A DNA stretch of 64,000 bases, taken from positions 111,228,001-111,292,000 of the forward strand of contig NC_091994.1 in NCBI RefSeq assembly GCF_044704955.1, in the 5' to 3' direction. A model generated the notes under the pieces. It ran no database searches and was not told where the DNA came from. It saw nothing but the letters and a program-made list of their open reading frames with translations. Made by a program: the position numbers and the translations under genes. This document shows, one piece after another, positions 1 through 11,214 of the stretch. This DNA comes from Pristiophorus japonicus. Taxonomy: Eukaryota. The stretch's first letter is position 1. Every line of letters starts with the position of its first letter.

Positions 1-253
1 CCAATGTTGGGGAAGTCCAGAACCAGGGGTCACAGTCTAAGGATAAGGGGTAAGCCATTTAGGACCGAGAGGAGGAGAAACTTCTTCACTCAGAGAGTGG
101 TGAACCTGTGGAATTCTCTACCACAGAAAGTTGTTGAGTCCAGTTCGTTGGATATATTCAAAAGGGAGTTAGATGTGGCCCTTACAGCTAAAAGGATCGG
201 GGGTATGGAGAGAAGGCAGGAGTGAGGTTCTGAAGTTGCATGATCAACCATGA
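1..253 (+). mobile_element. CR1 LINE (CR1-B-like) 3' end of ORF2 and start of 3' UTR
   Basis: ORF 4..225 reads RTRGHSLRI..FRT..RRNFFTQRVVNLWNSLP, the CR1 ORF2 C-terminal motif, nearly the same as in the 48530-48780 region. Confidence 0.85.
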
Positions 254-449
254 CAGTATCTACTGATGTTATTTTACATTATCTACTCGGTCATTCCTAG
301 AAACCCCCCCCCCCCACTCCCCCCGATGAGATCATCAGTACTCACTTAAATATACCAAAAAAAGGTAAAAATACAAAAATCATGTGAAAGTTCATTCTTT
401 GCAAGAAAGAAATGTTTTTTTAAAGGAATATCGATGGCAAAATTTCCTC

Positions 450-737
450 CTCATCATCATAGGCAGTCCCTCGAAATCGAGGAAGACTTGCTTCTATTAC
501 AAAAGTGAGTTCTCAGGTGACTGAACAGTCCAATACGGGAATTACAGTCTCTGTCACAGGTGGGACAGACAGTGGTTGGAGGAAAGGGTGGGTGGGACTG
601 GTTTGCCGTACGCTCCTTCCGCTGCCTGCGCTTGCTTTCTGCATGCTCTCGGCGACGAGACTCGAGGTGCTCAGTGCCCTCCCGGATGCTCTTCCTCCAC
701 TTATGGCGGTCTTTAGGCCAGGGATTCCCAGGTGTCA
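450..737 (-). mobile_element. RTE-clade LINE 3' fragment
   Basis: Reverse complement of the 3' end of the RTE at about 12165-12449; ends in gagggactgcctatGATGATGA. Confidence 0.85.
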
Positions 738-769
738 GTCCCTCTTAATAACCCTGGGTTGGCACTTCA

Positions 770-1100
770 GTGCAGCACCAAGGGAGAGCTGCACAGTCAG
801 TGCAGTTGTCTTACAGATGATATGTTAAACTGAGGCCTCGCCTTGCTGCTCAGGTGGATGGGAAAGGACTCATGGGGCTACTTGAAGAAGAATAGGGATT
901 TCCTTTGGTGTCCTGCTCAATATTTAGCCCCGACCACTACCACTAACTGGTCATTTCCCTCACTGATGTTTGTGGGATCTTTCTGTGTGCAAATTGGCAG
1001 CCGTGTTTGCCTCCACTGCAGGAATAATTCATTGGCTGTGAAGCACTTTGGGACGTTCCGAGGGCATGAAAGGTTCTATATAAATGCAAGTTCTTTCTTA
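770..1100 (+). mobile_element. Degenerate Deu-domain SINE
   Basis: Diverged match to the SINE body at 21800-22170; ends ctatataaatgcaagttcttt. Confidence 0.7.
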
Positions 1101-1951
1101 AGCATGGATTTGTATAATTTCAGTAAATGACCAATCATTCTAAAGTATTGCAACTTCTGATTATTGAAAATAAATGCGGAAAATATACAACAGTCCCATC
1201 AGCATCCGAAAAGGAAAAGGACAGGTTAATATCTCAGATGTAGATTCTTCATCATAACTGTTCTAATAAAGGATCGACATCTTTTCTCTATTCCGATGTT
1301 TATGGGCTTACTTCACACTTCCTCTTTCTATTTCCGATTCCAAGCGTTTTCGGGTTTTCTCTGACTCTCCTGATCATAGCAGGATATTTATCTCCATCTT
1401 GTGCTAAAAGGCATTTGTTTCGATCTTCTGAAATAGTTAAATTCACCTCTTTTAAAAAATGAGTTAAGAAAAATGGACTGACAAAAATCGCGAATATTTC
1501 CAGGAATTGGAGTCAAGCCTGGTTATGAATTATGGGCTGCTTGGAGCTCCACACTGACAATCCAAGGGATGGACTAGATGGGGAGGTAGCCCATTGGTAC
1601 AGTGCAGGCACGAGCTTCTCTCCAACACTCGGTGAATCCACAATTGCAGCCGGTTTGCACCGGACACGGAGATATGGAAGTCAGGAAATGTTACTGCAAG
1701 AAAGCTAAAAGTGAGTTATTGTAACCCCCACGTGCAAACCTCCCAATGGCAGCAGCAGCATTGGCACGCTCCTGGACAGTTCCATTGGGCACATTGATTT
1801 GATTGCTTCGTGTTTAACTAAGTTCTCACACAGTCAAAGCCCAAAGCTGCCCACTCTTTGACAGGGGAATGTTACCCATTCTTCACTTACCTCCCAGGTA
1901 TAGAACTTCACACAGTGAAACTTCTCACCTCAGTGGGTGTGAACAATGTTT

Positions 1952-2182
1952 TATCCATCCATCTATGCATCTGTCAGTCTGCATCTATCTGCCTGTCTGT
2001 CTATCTATGTATCTATCTATCTATGTGTCTGTCGGTCTATCTCTCTATATCTCTATTTATCTGTCTATCCACGTATCTATCTATCTCTGTCTGTCTGTCT
2101 CTCTGTTTATCTACTTATCTATCGATCTGTCTATGTATAAATCTATGCATCTATCTATGTGTCTATCTATGCATAGATAGAT
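1952..2182. repeat. Degenerate (TCTA/TCTG)n microsatellite, left part
   Basis: Continuous TCTA/TCTG/TATG tetramers. Confidence 0.95.
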
Positions 2183-2931
2183 AAGACACCACCGCAGGTT
2201 GGGAGGATAAAAGAGCTGGAGCGCGAGCCCCACAACATCATGGCCATACTATTACAACTTCCAGCGCGAGCCGTTCCAACAATCAACAACTTCGAGGTGG
2301 GTGACCGGGTGACGTCATCAAAACTCAGGTTGCTGTTTGCAGCGTGGGCAGGAACATCGGTGGGGCCCTGGTACAGCGGAGGAGAATGAAGGTCGGGGTG
2401 GATGAGCGGTGAGAGATCATGGCGGAGGTACGGCAAATGATTGAGGCGGAGGAATGGTGAGAGATTGTGGCTGAGATGTGACAAGAGATGAATGGCGGGA
2501 GATTGTGGTGGAGGTGCGCACGGCGAATGTTTGGTGTGGAGGTGCGGTAAGAGATCGTGACGGCAGTGCGGTGAATGCTTGTGGCGGAGATGCGGCAAAT
2601 GAGGGTGCGGGGCCCAGAAGAGGCGAGGGCCCGGGGCAGCACGGGCCAGCCCACACTGCGATATGTGTGCGCACTAGGTCCGTGCAGCAGAGCAGGTCGC
2701 CAGTCGTCCTGCTTTACCCTTGCCACTGGATAAAAGCCTAGCTCTGTCAAGCCCGTGTGGTGGCTGGTGTGCAACAGTCAGCACATGTTAAAAAAAAAAT
2801 CTACGCACAGGCATCTTCCACCAGGAGTTCAGGACTGCAACATCGGGTCCTCTATTTAAACATCAGTGAACTCATCCCTTTTGGTGTGGAAGCAAGTCAT
2901 CCTCATTCGAGGGACCGCCTATGATGATGAT
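2183..2931 (+). mobile_element. Non-coding non-autonomous retroelement with RTE-type 3' tail (copy 1)
   Basis: Ends gtggaagcaagtcatcctcattcgagggaccgcctatgatgatga, like the RTE tail at 12401-12449; the body matches 40444-41000 on the opposite strand; it interrupts the microsatellite. Confidence 0.8.
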
Positions 2932-3080
2932 ATCTGTGCATCTATCTATGTATCTATCTATGTGTCTGTCTATCTACCTATGTATCTATCTATCTATCTA
3001 TGTGTCTGTCTGTCTATCTATCTCTCTATATCTCTATCGATGTATCTATCTATTTGTCGCTCTGTCTGTCTATCTATCAT
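2932..3080. repeat. Degenerate (TCTA/TCTG)n microsatellite, right part
   Basis: The same tetramer array resumes after the insertion. Confidence 0.95.
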
Positions 3081-3224
3081 CAGTCTTTTAACTCTCCCTG
3101 CTTGAATTGATCGAACCCTCAGAGGGCAGTGAATAAGAACATAAGAACATAAGAATTAGGAACAGGAGTAGGCCATCTAGCCCCTCGAGCCTGCTCCGCC
3201 ATTCAATAAGATCTGGTCGTGGAC

Positions 3225-6212
3225 TCAGCTCCACTTACCCGCCCTCTCCCCGTAACCCTTAATTCCCTTATTGCTTAAAAATCTATCTATCTTTGACTTG
3301 AAAACATTCAATGAGCCAGCCTCAACTGCTTCCTTGGGCAGAGAATTCCACAGATTTACAACCCTCTGGGAGAAGAAATTCTTTCTCAACTCGGTTTTAA
3401 ATTGGCTCCTCCGTATTTTGAGGCTGTGCCCTCTAGTTCTAGTCTCCCCGACCAGTGGAAACAACCTCTCTGCCTCTATCTTGTCTATCCCTTCCATGAT
3501 TTTAAATGTTTCTATAAGATCACCCCTCATCCTTCTGAACTCCAACGAGTAAAGACCCAGTCTACTCAATCTATCATCATAAGGTAACCCCCTCATCTCT
3601 GGAATCAGCCTAGTGAATCGTCTCTGTACTCCTTCCAAAGCTAGTATATCCTTCCTTAAGTAAGGTGACCAAAACTGCACGCAGTACTCCAGGTGCGGCC
3701 TTACCAATACCTTATACAGTTGCAGCAACACCTCCCTGCTTTTGTACTCCATCCCTCTCGCAATGAAGGCCAACATTCCATTTGCCTTCCTGATTACCAC
3801 CTGCAAACTAACCTTTTGGGATTCATGCACAAGGACCCCCAGGTCCCTCTGCACCACAGCATGTTGTAATTTCTCCCCATTCAAATAATATTCCCTTTTA
3901 CTGTTTTTTCCCCCAAGGTGGATGACCTCACACTTTCTGACATTGTATTCCATCTGCCAAACCTTAGCCCATTCGCTTAACCAAATCTCCTTGCAGCCTC
4001 TCTGAGTCCTCTACACAACCCGCTTTCCCACTAATCTTTGTGTCATCTGCAAATTTTGTTACACTACACTCTGTCCCCTCCTCTAGGTCATCTATGTATA
4101 TTGTAAACAGTTGTGGTCCCAGCACTGATCCCTGTGGCACACCACTAACCACTGATTTTCAACCGGAAAAGGACCCATTTATCCCGACTCTCTGCTTTCT
4201 GTTCGCCAGCCAATTCTCTATCCATGCTAATACATTTCCTCTGACTCCGCGTACCTTTATCTTCTGATGTAATCTTTTGTGTGGCACCTTATCGAATGCC
4301 TTTTGGAAATCTAAATACACCACATCCATCGGTACACCTCTATCCACCATGCTCGTTATATCCTCAAAGAATTCCAGTAAGTTAGTTAAACATGATTTCC
4401 CTTTCATTAATCCATGCTGCGTCTGCTTGATTGCACTATTCCTATCCAGATGTCCCGCTATTTCTTCCTTAATGATAGTTTCAAGCATTTTCCCCACTAC
4501 AGATGTTAAACTAACCGGCCTATAGTTACCTGCCTTTTGCCTGCCCCCTTTTTTAAACAGAGGCGTTACATTAGCTGCTCTCCAATCCGCTGGTACCTCC
4601 CCAGAGTCCAGAGAATTTTGGTAGATTATAACAAATGCATCTGCTATAACTTCCGCCATCTCTTTTAATACCCTGGGATGCATTTCATCAGGACCAGGGG
4701 ACTTGTCTACCTTCAGTCTCATTAGTCTGTCCAGCACTACCTCCCTAGTGATAGTGATCATCTCAAGGTCCTCCCTTCCCACATTCCTATGACCAGCAAT
4801 TTTTGGCATGGTTTTTGTGTCTTCCACTGTGAAGACGGAAGCAAAATAATTGTTTAAGGTCTCAGCCATTTCCACATTTCCCATTATTAAATCCCCCTTT
4901 TCATCTTCTAAGGGACCAACATTTACTTTAGTCACTCTTTTCCGTTTTATATATCTGTAAAAGCTTTTACTATCTGTTTTTATGTTTTGCGCAAGTTTAC
5001 CTTCGTAATCTATCTTCCCTTTCTTTTTTGCTTTTTTAGTCATTCTTTGCTGTTGCTTAAAATCTTCCCAAACCTCTAGTTTCCCACTAACCTTGGCCAC
5101 CTTATACGCATTGGTCTTTGATTTGATACTTTCCTTTATTTCCTTGGCTATCCACGGCTGGTTATCTCTTCTCTTGCCGCCCTTCTTTTTCACTGGAATA
5201 TATTTTTGTTGCGCGTTATGAAAGAGCTCCTTAAAAGTCCTCCACTGTTCCTCAATTGTGCCACCGTTTAGTCCTTGTTTCCAGTCTACTTTAGCCAACT
5301 CTGCCCTCATCCCACTGTAGTCCCCTTTGTTTAAGCATAGTACGCTTTGTTTCTGACACAACTTCCTCATCCTCAATCTGTATTACAAATTCAACCATAT
5401 TGTGATCACTCATTCCGAGAGGATCTTTTACGAGGAGATCGTTTATTTTTCCTGTCTCGTTACACAGGACCAGATCCAAAATGGCTTGCTCCCTTGTAGG
5501 CTCTGTTACATACTGTTCTAAGAAACAATCCCATATACATTCTATGAATTCGTCCTCCAGGCTACCACCTGCGATTTGATTTGACCAATCGATATGTAGG
5601 TTAAAATCCCCCATAACTACTGCCTTTCCTTTTTCACATGCCTCCATTATTCCCTTGATTATTGCCCGCCCCACCATAAAGTTATTATTTGGGGGCCTAT
5701 AAACTACGCCGACCAGTGACTTTTTCCCCTTACTATCTCTAATCTCCACCCACAATGATTCAACATTTTGTTCATTGGAGCCAATATAATCCCTCACAAC
5801 TGCCCTGATATCATCCCTTATTAACAGAGCTACCCCACCTCCCTTCCCTTCCTGCCTATCTTTCCGAATCGTCAGATACCCCTGTACGTTTAATTCCCAG
5901 TCCTGGCCACCTTGCAACCATGTCTCTGTAATGGCCACCAAATCATACCCATTTGTAATGATTTGTGCCGTCAACTCATTTACTTTATTTCTAATGCTGC
6001 GTGCGTTTAGGTAGAGTGTTTGAATACTAGTTTTTAAACCATGATTTTTAGTTTTTACCCCTCCTGCAGCCCTTTTATATTAAGTGGCCCTTTTTGTTTC
6101 TTGCCTTTGGTTTCTCTGCCCTCCACTTTTACTCATCTCTTTTCTGTCTTTTGTTTTTGTCTCCTTTTTGTTTCCCTCTGCCTCCCTGTATTGGTTCCCA
6201 TCACCCTGCCAT
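3225..6212 (-). pseudogene. Disrupted CR1 ORF2 (APE endonuclease plus reverse transcriptase)
   Basis: Frameshifts near 5350, 4155 and 3975 split a colinear EN-RT protein. Confidence 0.9.
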
Positions 6213-6216
6213 ATTA

Positions 6217-6223
6217 GTTTAAC
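6217..6223 (-). promoter_or_regulatory. Candidate -1 frameshift heptamer G TTA AAC at the CR1-A ORF1/ORF2 junction
   Basis: Minus strand reads GAG GAG TTA AAC TAA; the -1 frame GTT AAA CTA ATA TGG CAG GGT GAT GGG AAC is open. Confidence 0.45.
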
Positions 6224-7261
6224 TCCTCACCAACAGCACTAGCAAACACTCCCCCTAGGACATTGGTTCCGTTCCTGCCCAAGTGCAGACCGTCCGGTTT
6301 GCACTGGTCCCACCACCCCCAGAACCTGTTCCAATGCCCCACGAATTTGAATCCCTCCCTGCTGCACCACTGCTCAAGCCACGTATTCATCTGTGATTCC
6401 TACTCTGACTAGCACGTGGCACTGGTAGCAATCCCGAGATTACTACTTTTGAGATCCTACTTTTTAATTTAACTCCTAGCTCCTTAAATTCGAATGGTGC
6501 AGATCATGAAGTGCTCCTTGAGCAGAGTGGGGCATGTGATGGCGAGTACTGCAGTGGGGAAAATCTAAGGGGGGAAAATAGGTCATACACATTTTTGATG
6601 CCTTTACATTGGATTCTCAATGGCCAGGCAAAAGGTAAGCTGGAGTTCCAGCTTTTAGCTAAACAACAGCGTTTCCAAGACACAACATGAAATAAAGCAA
6701 CACAATGATGCTGACAAGTCACTGTTGATTATTTGAAACAAATACCGAGGTGTTTCCATGGATGTCTCTGTTTTGCATAACCACCCCATGGGTTGCTCAG
6801 ACATTTCTTGGCACTTTTTTAAAAATGTTAAACATAGTTGCCACTACACTGATTGTCAACTTAAAACTGCATTCGAAAGGAATTTGAAAATCAGCTTAAC
6901 TACAGTCCGCGAAACCTGGCCATTTCACAAATATCACAACAGCTCAAAATAAATTTACATTCTGTGTTTTTTCCCCCCAGGTACATCAAATTGGTAGCTG
7001 GTAGAAGGGCTAATTTAATTCTTCAAAAAAAAGCTTTAATTTTTCAATCAGAATGGATTCTGAATGTATGATCTCCTATATTTGAATACATGAATATGAT
7101 TTCTGGTCTGTTAAAATGCTACAGACACTTAGAACAAATCCACTTTATTATTTATGACACATCTGGACTGCATCATGAGATCACCATCCTCAAAGATAGT
7201 GGAACAAGGCATTTCCTTTTGAAAGTGTGATGGGGTTTGAGAAGCCAAGAATTAGTTCTTT

Positions 7262-7622
7262 CTTTTTATTTGCTCCTGGGATGTGGGCGTCGCTGGCAAG
7301 GCCGGCATTTATTGCCCATCCCTAATTGCCCCTTGAGAAGGTGGTGGTGAGCCGCCTTCTTGAACCGCTGCAGTCCGTGTGGTGAAGGTGCTTCCACAGT
7401 GCTGTTAGGGAGGGAGTACCAGGATTGTGACCCAGCGACAATGAAGGAACGGCCAATATATTTCCAAGTCAGGATGGTGTGGGACTTGGAGGGGAACGTG
7501 GAGGTGGTTGTTTTCCAATGCGCCTGCTGCCCTTGTCCTTCTAGGGGGTAGAGGGCGCGGGTTTGGGAGGTGCTGTCGAAGAAGCCTTGACAAGTTGCTG
7601 CAGTGCATCTTATAGATGGTAC
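7262..7622 (-). mobile_element. Zenon-like CR1-group LINE 3' fragment
   Basis: Encodes MHCSN..RLLRQHLP and SFIVAGS.SW.SLPN..LQRFKKAAHHHLL; tail gggcaataaatgccggccttgccagcgacgcccacatccc; matches 34680-35460 and 51800-52598. Clade name is from recall. Confidence 0.7.
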
Positions 7623-7782
7623 AAGATGTGGTATGTCTACAAGTGACCTCCCATTCACTCTCACATTGAATTCTATTGGATCAAACATATTACTACTCAC
7701 TCCTGTTATATAGAATTCCAACCAACAAAATCATGAGCTCATTCACTCACATTGCATAGAATAACAATTAATTGCACTTATA

Positions 7783-8674
7783 CATAAGAACAAACATAAG
7801 AACATAAGAATTAGGAACAGGAGTAGGCCATCTAGCCCCTCGAGCCTGCTCCACCATTCAACAAGATCATGGCTGATCTGGCCGTGGACTCAGCTCCACT
7901 TACCCGCCCGCTCCCCGTAACCCTTAATTCCCTTATTGGTTAAAAATCTATCTATCTGTGATTTGAATACATTCAATGAGCTAGCCTCAACTGCTTCCTT
8001 GGGCAGAGAATTCCACAGATTCACAACCCTCTGGGAGAAGAAATTCCTTCTCAACTCGGTTGTAAATTGGCTCCCCCGTATTTTGAGGCTGTGCCCCCTA
8101 GTTCTAGTCTCCCCGACCAGTGGAAACAACCTCTCTGCCTCTATCTTGTCTATCCCTTTCATTATTTTAAATGTTTCTATAAGATCACCCCTCATCCTTC
8201 TGAACTCCAACGAGTAAAGACCCAGTCTACTCAATCTATCATCATAAGGTAACCCTCTCATCTCCGGAATCAGCCTAGTGAATCGTATCTGTACCCCCTC
8301 CAAAGCTAGTATATCCTTCCTTAAGTAAGGTGACCAAAACTGCATGCAGTACTCCAGGTGCGGCCTCACCAATACCCTGTACAGTTGCAGCAGGACCTCC
8401 CTGCTTTTGTACTCCATCCCTCTCGCAATGAAGGCCAACATTCCATTCGCCTTCCTGATTACCTGCTGCACCTGCAAACTAACCTTTTGGGATTCATGCA
8501 CAAGGACCCCCAGGTCCCTCTGCACTGTAGCATGTTGTAATTTCTCCCCATTCAATAATATTCCCTTTTACTGTTTTTTTTCCCAAGGTGGATGACCTCA
8601 CACTTTCCGACATTGTATTCCATCTGCCAAACCTTAGCCCATTTGCTTAACCTATCCAAATCTCCTTGCAGCCT
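7783..8674 (-). mobile_element. CR1-A LINE, 3' part (host of a nested insertion)
   Basis: TTCTTATG tail; ORF 7890..8555 is the ORF2 C-terminus; sequence continues at 10710. Confidence 0.95.
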
Positions 8675-10713
8675 AGAAACATAGAAACATAGAAAATAGG
8701 TGCAGGAGCAGGCCATTCAGCCCTTCTAGCCTACACCGCCATTCAATGAGTTCATGGCTGAACATGAAACTTCAGTACCCACTTCCTGCTTTCACGCCAT
8801 ACCCCTTGATCCCCCGAGTAGTAAGGACTTCATCTAACTCCCTTTTGAATATATTTAGTGAATTGGCCTCAACTACTTCCTGTGGTAGAGAATTCCACAG
8901 GTTCACCACTCTCTGGGTGAAGAAGTTTCTCCTTATCTCGGTCCTAAATGGCTTACCCCTTATCCTTAGACTGTGACCCCTGGTTCTGGACTTCCCCAAC
9001 ATTGGGAACATTCTTCCTGCATCCAACCTGTCCAAACCCGTCAGAATTTTAAACGTTTCTATGAGGTCCCCTCTCACTCTTCTGAACTCCAGTGAATACA
9101 AGCCCAGTTGATCCAGTCTTTCTTGATAGGTCAGTCCCACCATCCCAGGAATCAGACTGGTGAATCTTCGCTGCACTCCCTCAATAGCAAGAATGTCCTT
9201 CCTCAAGTTAGGAGACCAAAACTGTACACAATACTCCAGGTGTGGCCTCACCAAGGCCCTGTACAACTGTAGCAACACCTCCCTGCCCCTGTACTCAAAT
9301 CCCCTCGCTATGAAGGCCAACATGCCATTTGCTTTCTTAACTGCCTGCTGTACCTGCATGCCAACCTTCAATGACTGATGTACCATGACACCCAGGTCTC
9401 GTTGCACCTTCCCTTTTCCTAATCTGTCACCATTCAGATAATAGTCTGTCTCTCTGTTTTTACCACCAAAGTGGATAACCTCACATTTATCCACATTATA
9501 CTTCATCTGCCACGCATTTGGCCACTCACCTAACCTATCCAAGTCACTCTGTAGCCTCATAGCATCCTCCTCGCAGCTCACACTGCCACCCAACTTAGTG
9601 TCATCCGCAAATTTGGAGATACTACATTTAATCTCCTCGTCTAAATCATTAATGTACAATGTAAACAGCTGGGGCCCCAGCACAGAACCCTGTGGTACCC
9701 CACTAGTCACTGCCTGCCATTCCGAAAAGTACCCATTTACTCCTACTCTTTGCTTCCTGTCTGACAACCAGTTCTCAATCCACGTCAGCACACTACCCCC
9801 AATCCCATGTGCTTTAACTTTGCACATTAATCTCCTGTGTGGGACCTTGTCGAAAGCCTTCTGAAAGTCCAAATATACCACATCAACTGTACTCCTTTGT
9901 CCACTTTATTGGAAACATCCTCAAAAAATTCCAGAAGATTTGTCAAGCATGATCTCCCTTTCACAAATCCATGCTGACTTGGACCTATCATGTCACCATT
10001 TTCCAAATGCGCTGCTATGACATCCTTAATAATTGATTCCATCATTTTACCCACTACTGAGGTCAGGCTGACCGGTCTATAATTCCCTGCTTTCTCTCTC
10101 CCTCCTTTTTTAAAAAGTGGGGTTACATTGGCTACCCTCCACTCGATAGGAACTGATCCAGAGTCAATGGAATGTTGGAAAATGACTGTCAATGCATCCG
10201 CTATTTCCAAGGCCACCTCCTTAAGTACTCTGGGATGCAGTCCATCAGGCCCTGGGGATTTATCGGCCTTCAATCCCATCAATTTCCCCAACACAATTTC
10301 CCGACTAATAAAGATTTCCCTCAGTTCCTCCTCCTTAATAGACCCTCTGACCACTTTTATATCCGGAAGGTTGTTTGTGTCCTCCTTAGTGAATACTGAA
10401 CCAAAGTACTTGTTCAATTGGTCTGCCATTTCTTTGTTCCCCGTTATGACTTCCCCTGATTCTGACTGCAGGGGACCTACGTTTGTCTTTACTAACCTTT
10501 TTCTCTTTACATACCTATAGAAACTTTTGCAATCCGCCTTAATGTTCCCTGCAAGCTTCTTCTCGTACTCCATTTTCCCTGCCCTAATCAAACCCTTTGT
10601 CCTCCTCTGCTGAGTTCTAAATTTCTCCCAGTCCCCAGGTTCGCTGCTATTTCTGGCCAATTTGTATGCCATTTCCTTGGCTTTAATACTATCCCTGATT
10701 TCCCTAGATAGCC
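8675..10713 (-). mobile_element. CR1-B LINE, 5'-truncated, nested inside CR1-A
   Basis: (TTTCTATG)n tail at 8675-8695; RT ORF 8772..9881; AGCCT at both junctions (8670-8674 and 10710-10714); near-identical to 46826-48855. Confidence 0.95.
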
Positions 10714-11203
10714 TCTCTGAGTCCTCTACACAACCCGCTTTCCCACTAATCTTAGTGTCATCTGCAAATTTTGTTGCACTACACTCTGTCCCCTCCTCTA
10801 GGTCATCTATGTATATTGTAAACAGTTGTGGTCCCAGCACCGATCCCTGTGGCACACCACTAACCACCGATTTCCAACCCGAAAAGGACCCATTTATCCC
10901 GAATCTCTGCTTTCTGTTAGCCCGCCAATTCTCGATCCATGCTAATACATTTCCTCTGACTCCACGTACCTTTATCTTCTGCAGTAACCTTTTGTGTGGC
11001 ACCTTATCGAATGCCTTTTGGAAATCTAAATACACCACATCCATCGGTACACCTCTATCCACCATGCTCGTTATATCCTCAAAGAATTCCAGTAAATTAG
11101 TTAAACATGATTTCCCCTTCATGAATCCATGTTGCGTCTGCTTGATTGCACTATTCCTATCTAGATGTCCCGCTATTTCTTCCTTAATGATAGCTTCAAG
11201 CAT
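10710..11203 (-). mobile_element. CR1-A LINE, 5' part of the interrupted host (RT core)
   Basis: Matches about 3995-4488; joining it to 8674 restores ccttgcagcctctctgag. Confidence 0.92.
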
Positions 11204-11214
11204 GTACACCATCG

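Larger units (their letters stand above)
3133..6492 (-). mobile_element. CR1-A LINE, 5'-truncated within ORF1, with frameshifted ORF2
   Basis: (TTCTTATG)n tail at 3133-3155; ORF2 in four pieces: 5974-5291 (APE: ITETWL, VYRPP, GDFN, SDH), 5376-4159, 4152-3964 ([12 protein letters not shown]), 3953-3225; the ORF1 end (DGLHL..VGEELN*) lies at about 6214-6490. Confidence 0.95.

Noticed and set aside
1858-3105. ORFs rich in Y/L/S/I/C (1858..2184, 1869..2180, 2866..3105)
   Set aside because: They are translations of the TCTA/TCTG microsatellite.
6960-7070. Acceptor-like ttttttccccccAG at 6980
   Set aside because: No convincing donor or recognisable peptide follows.
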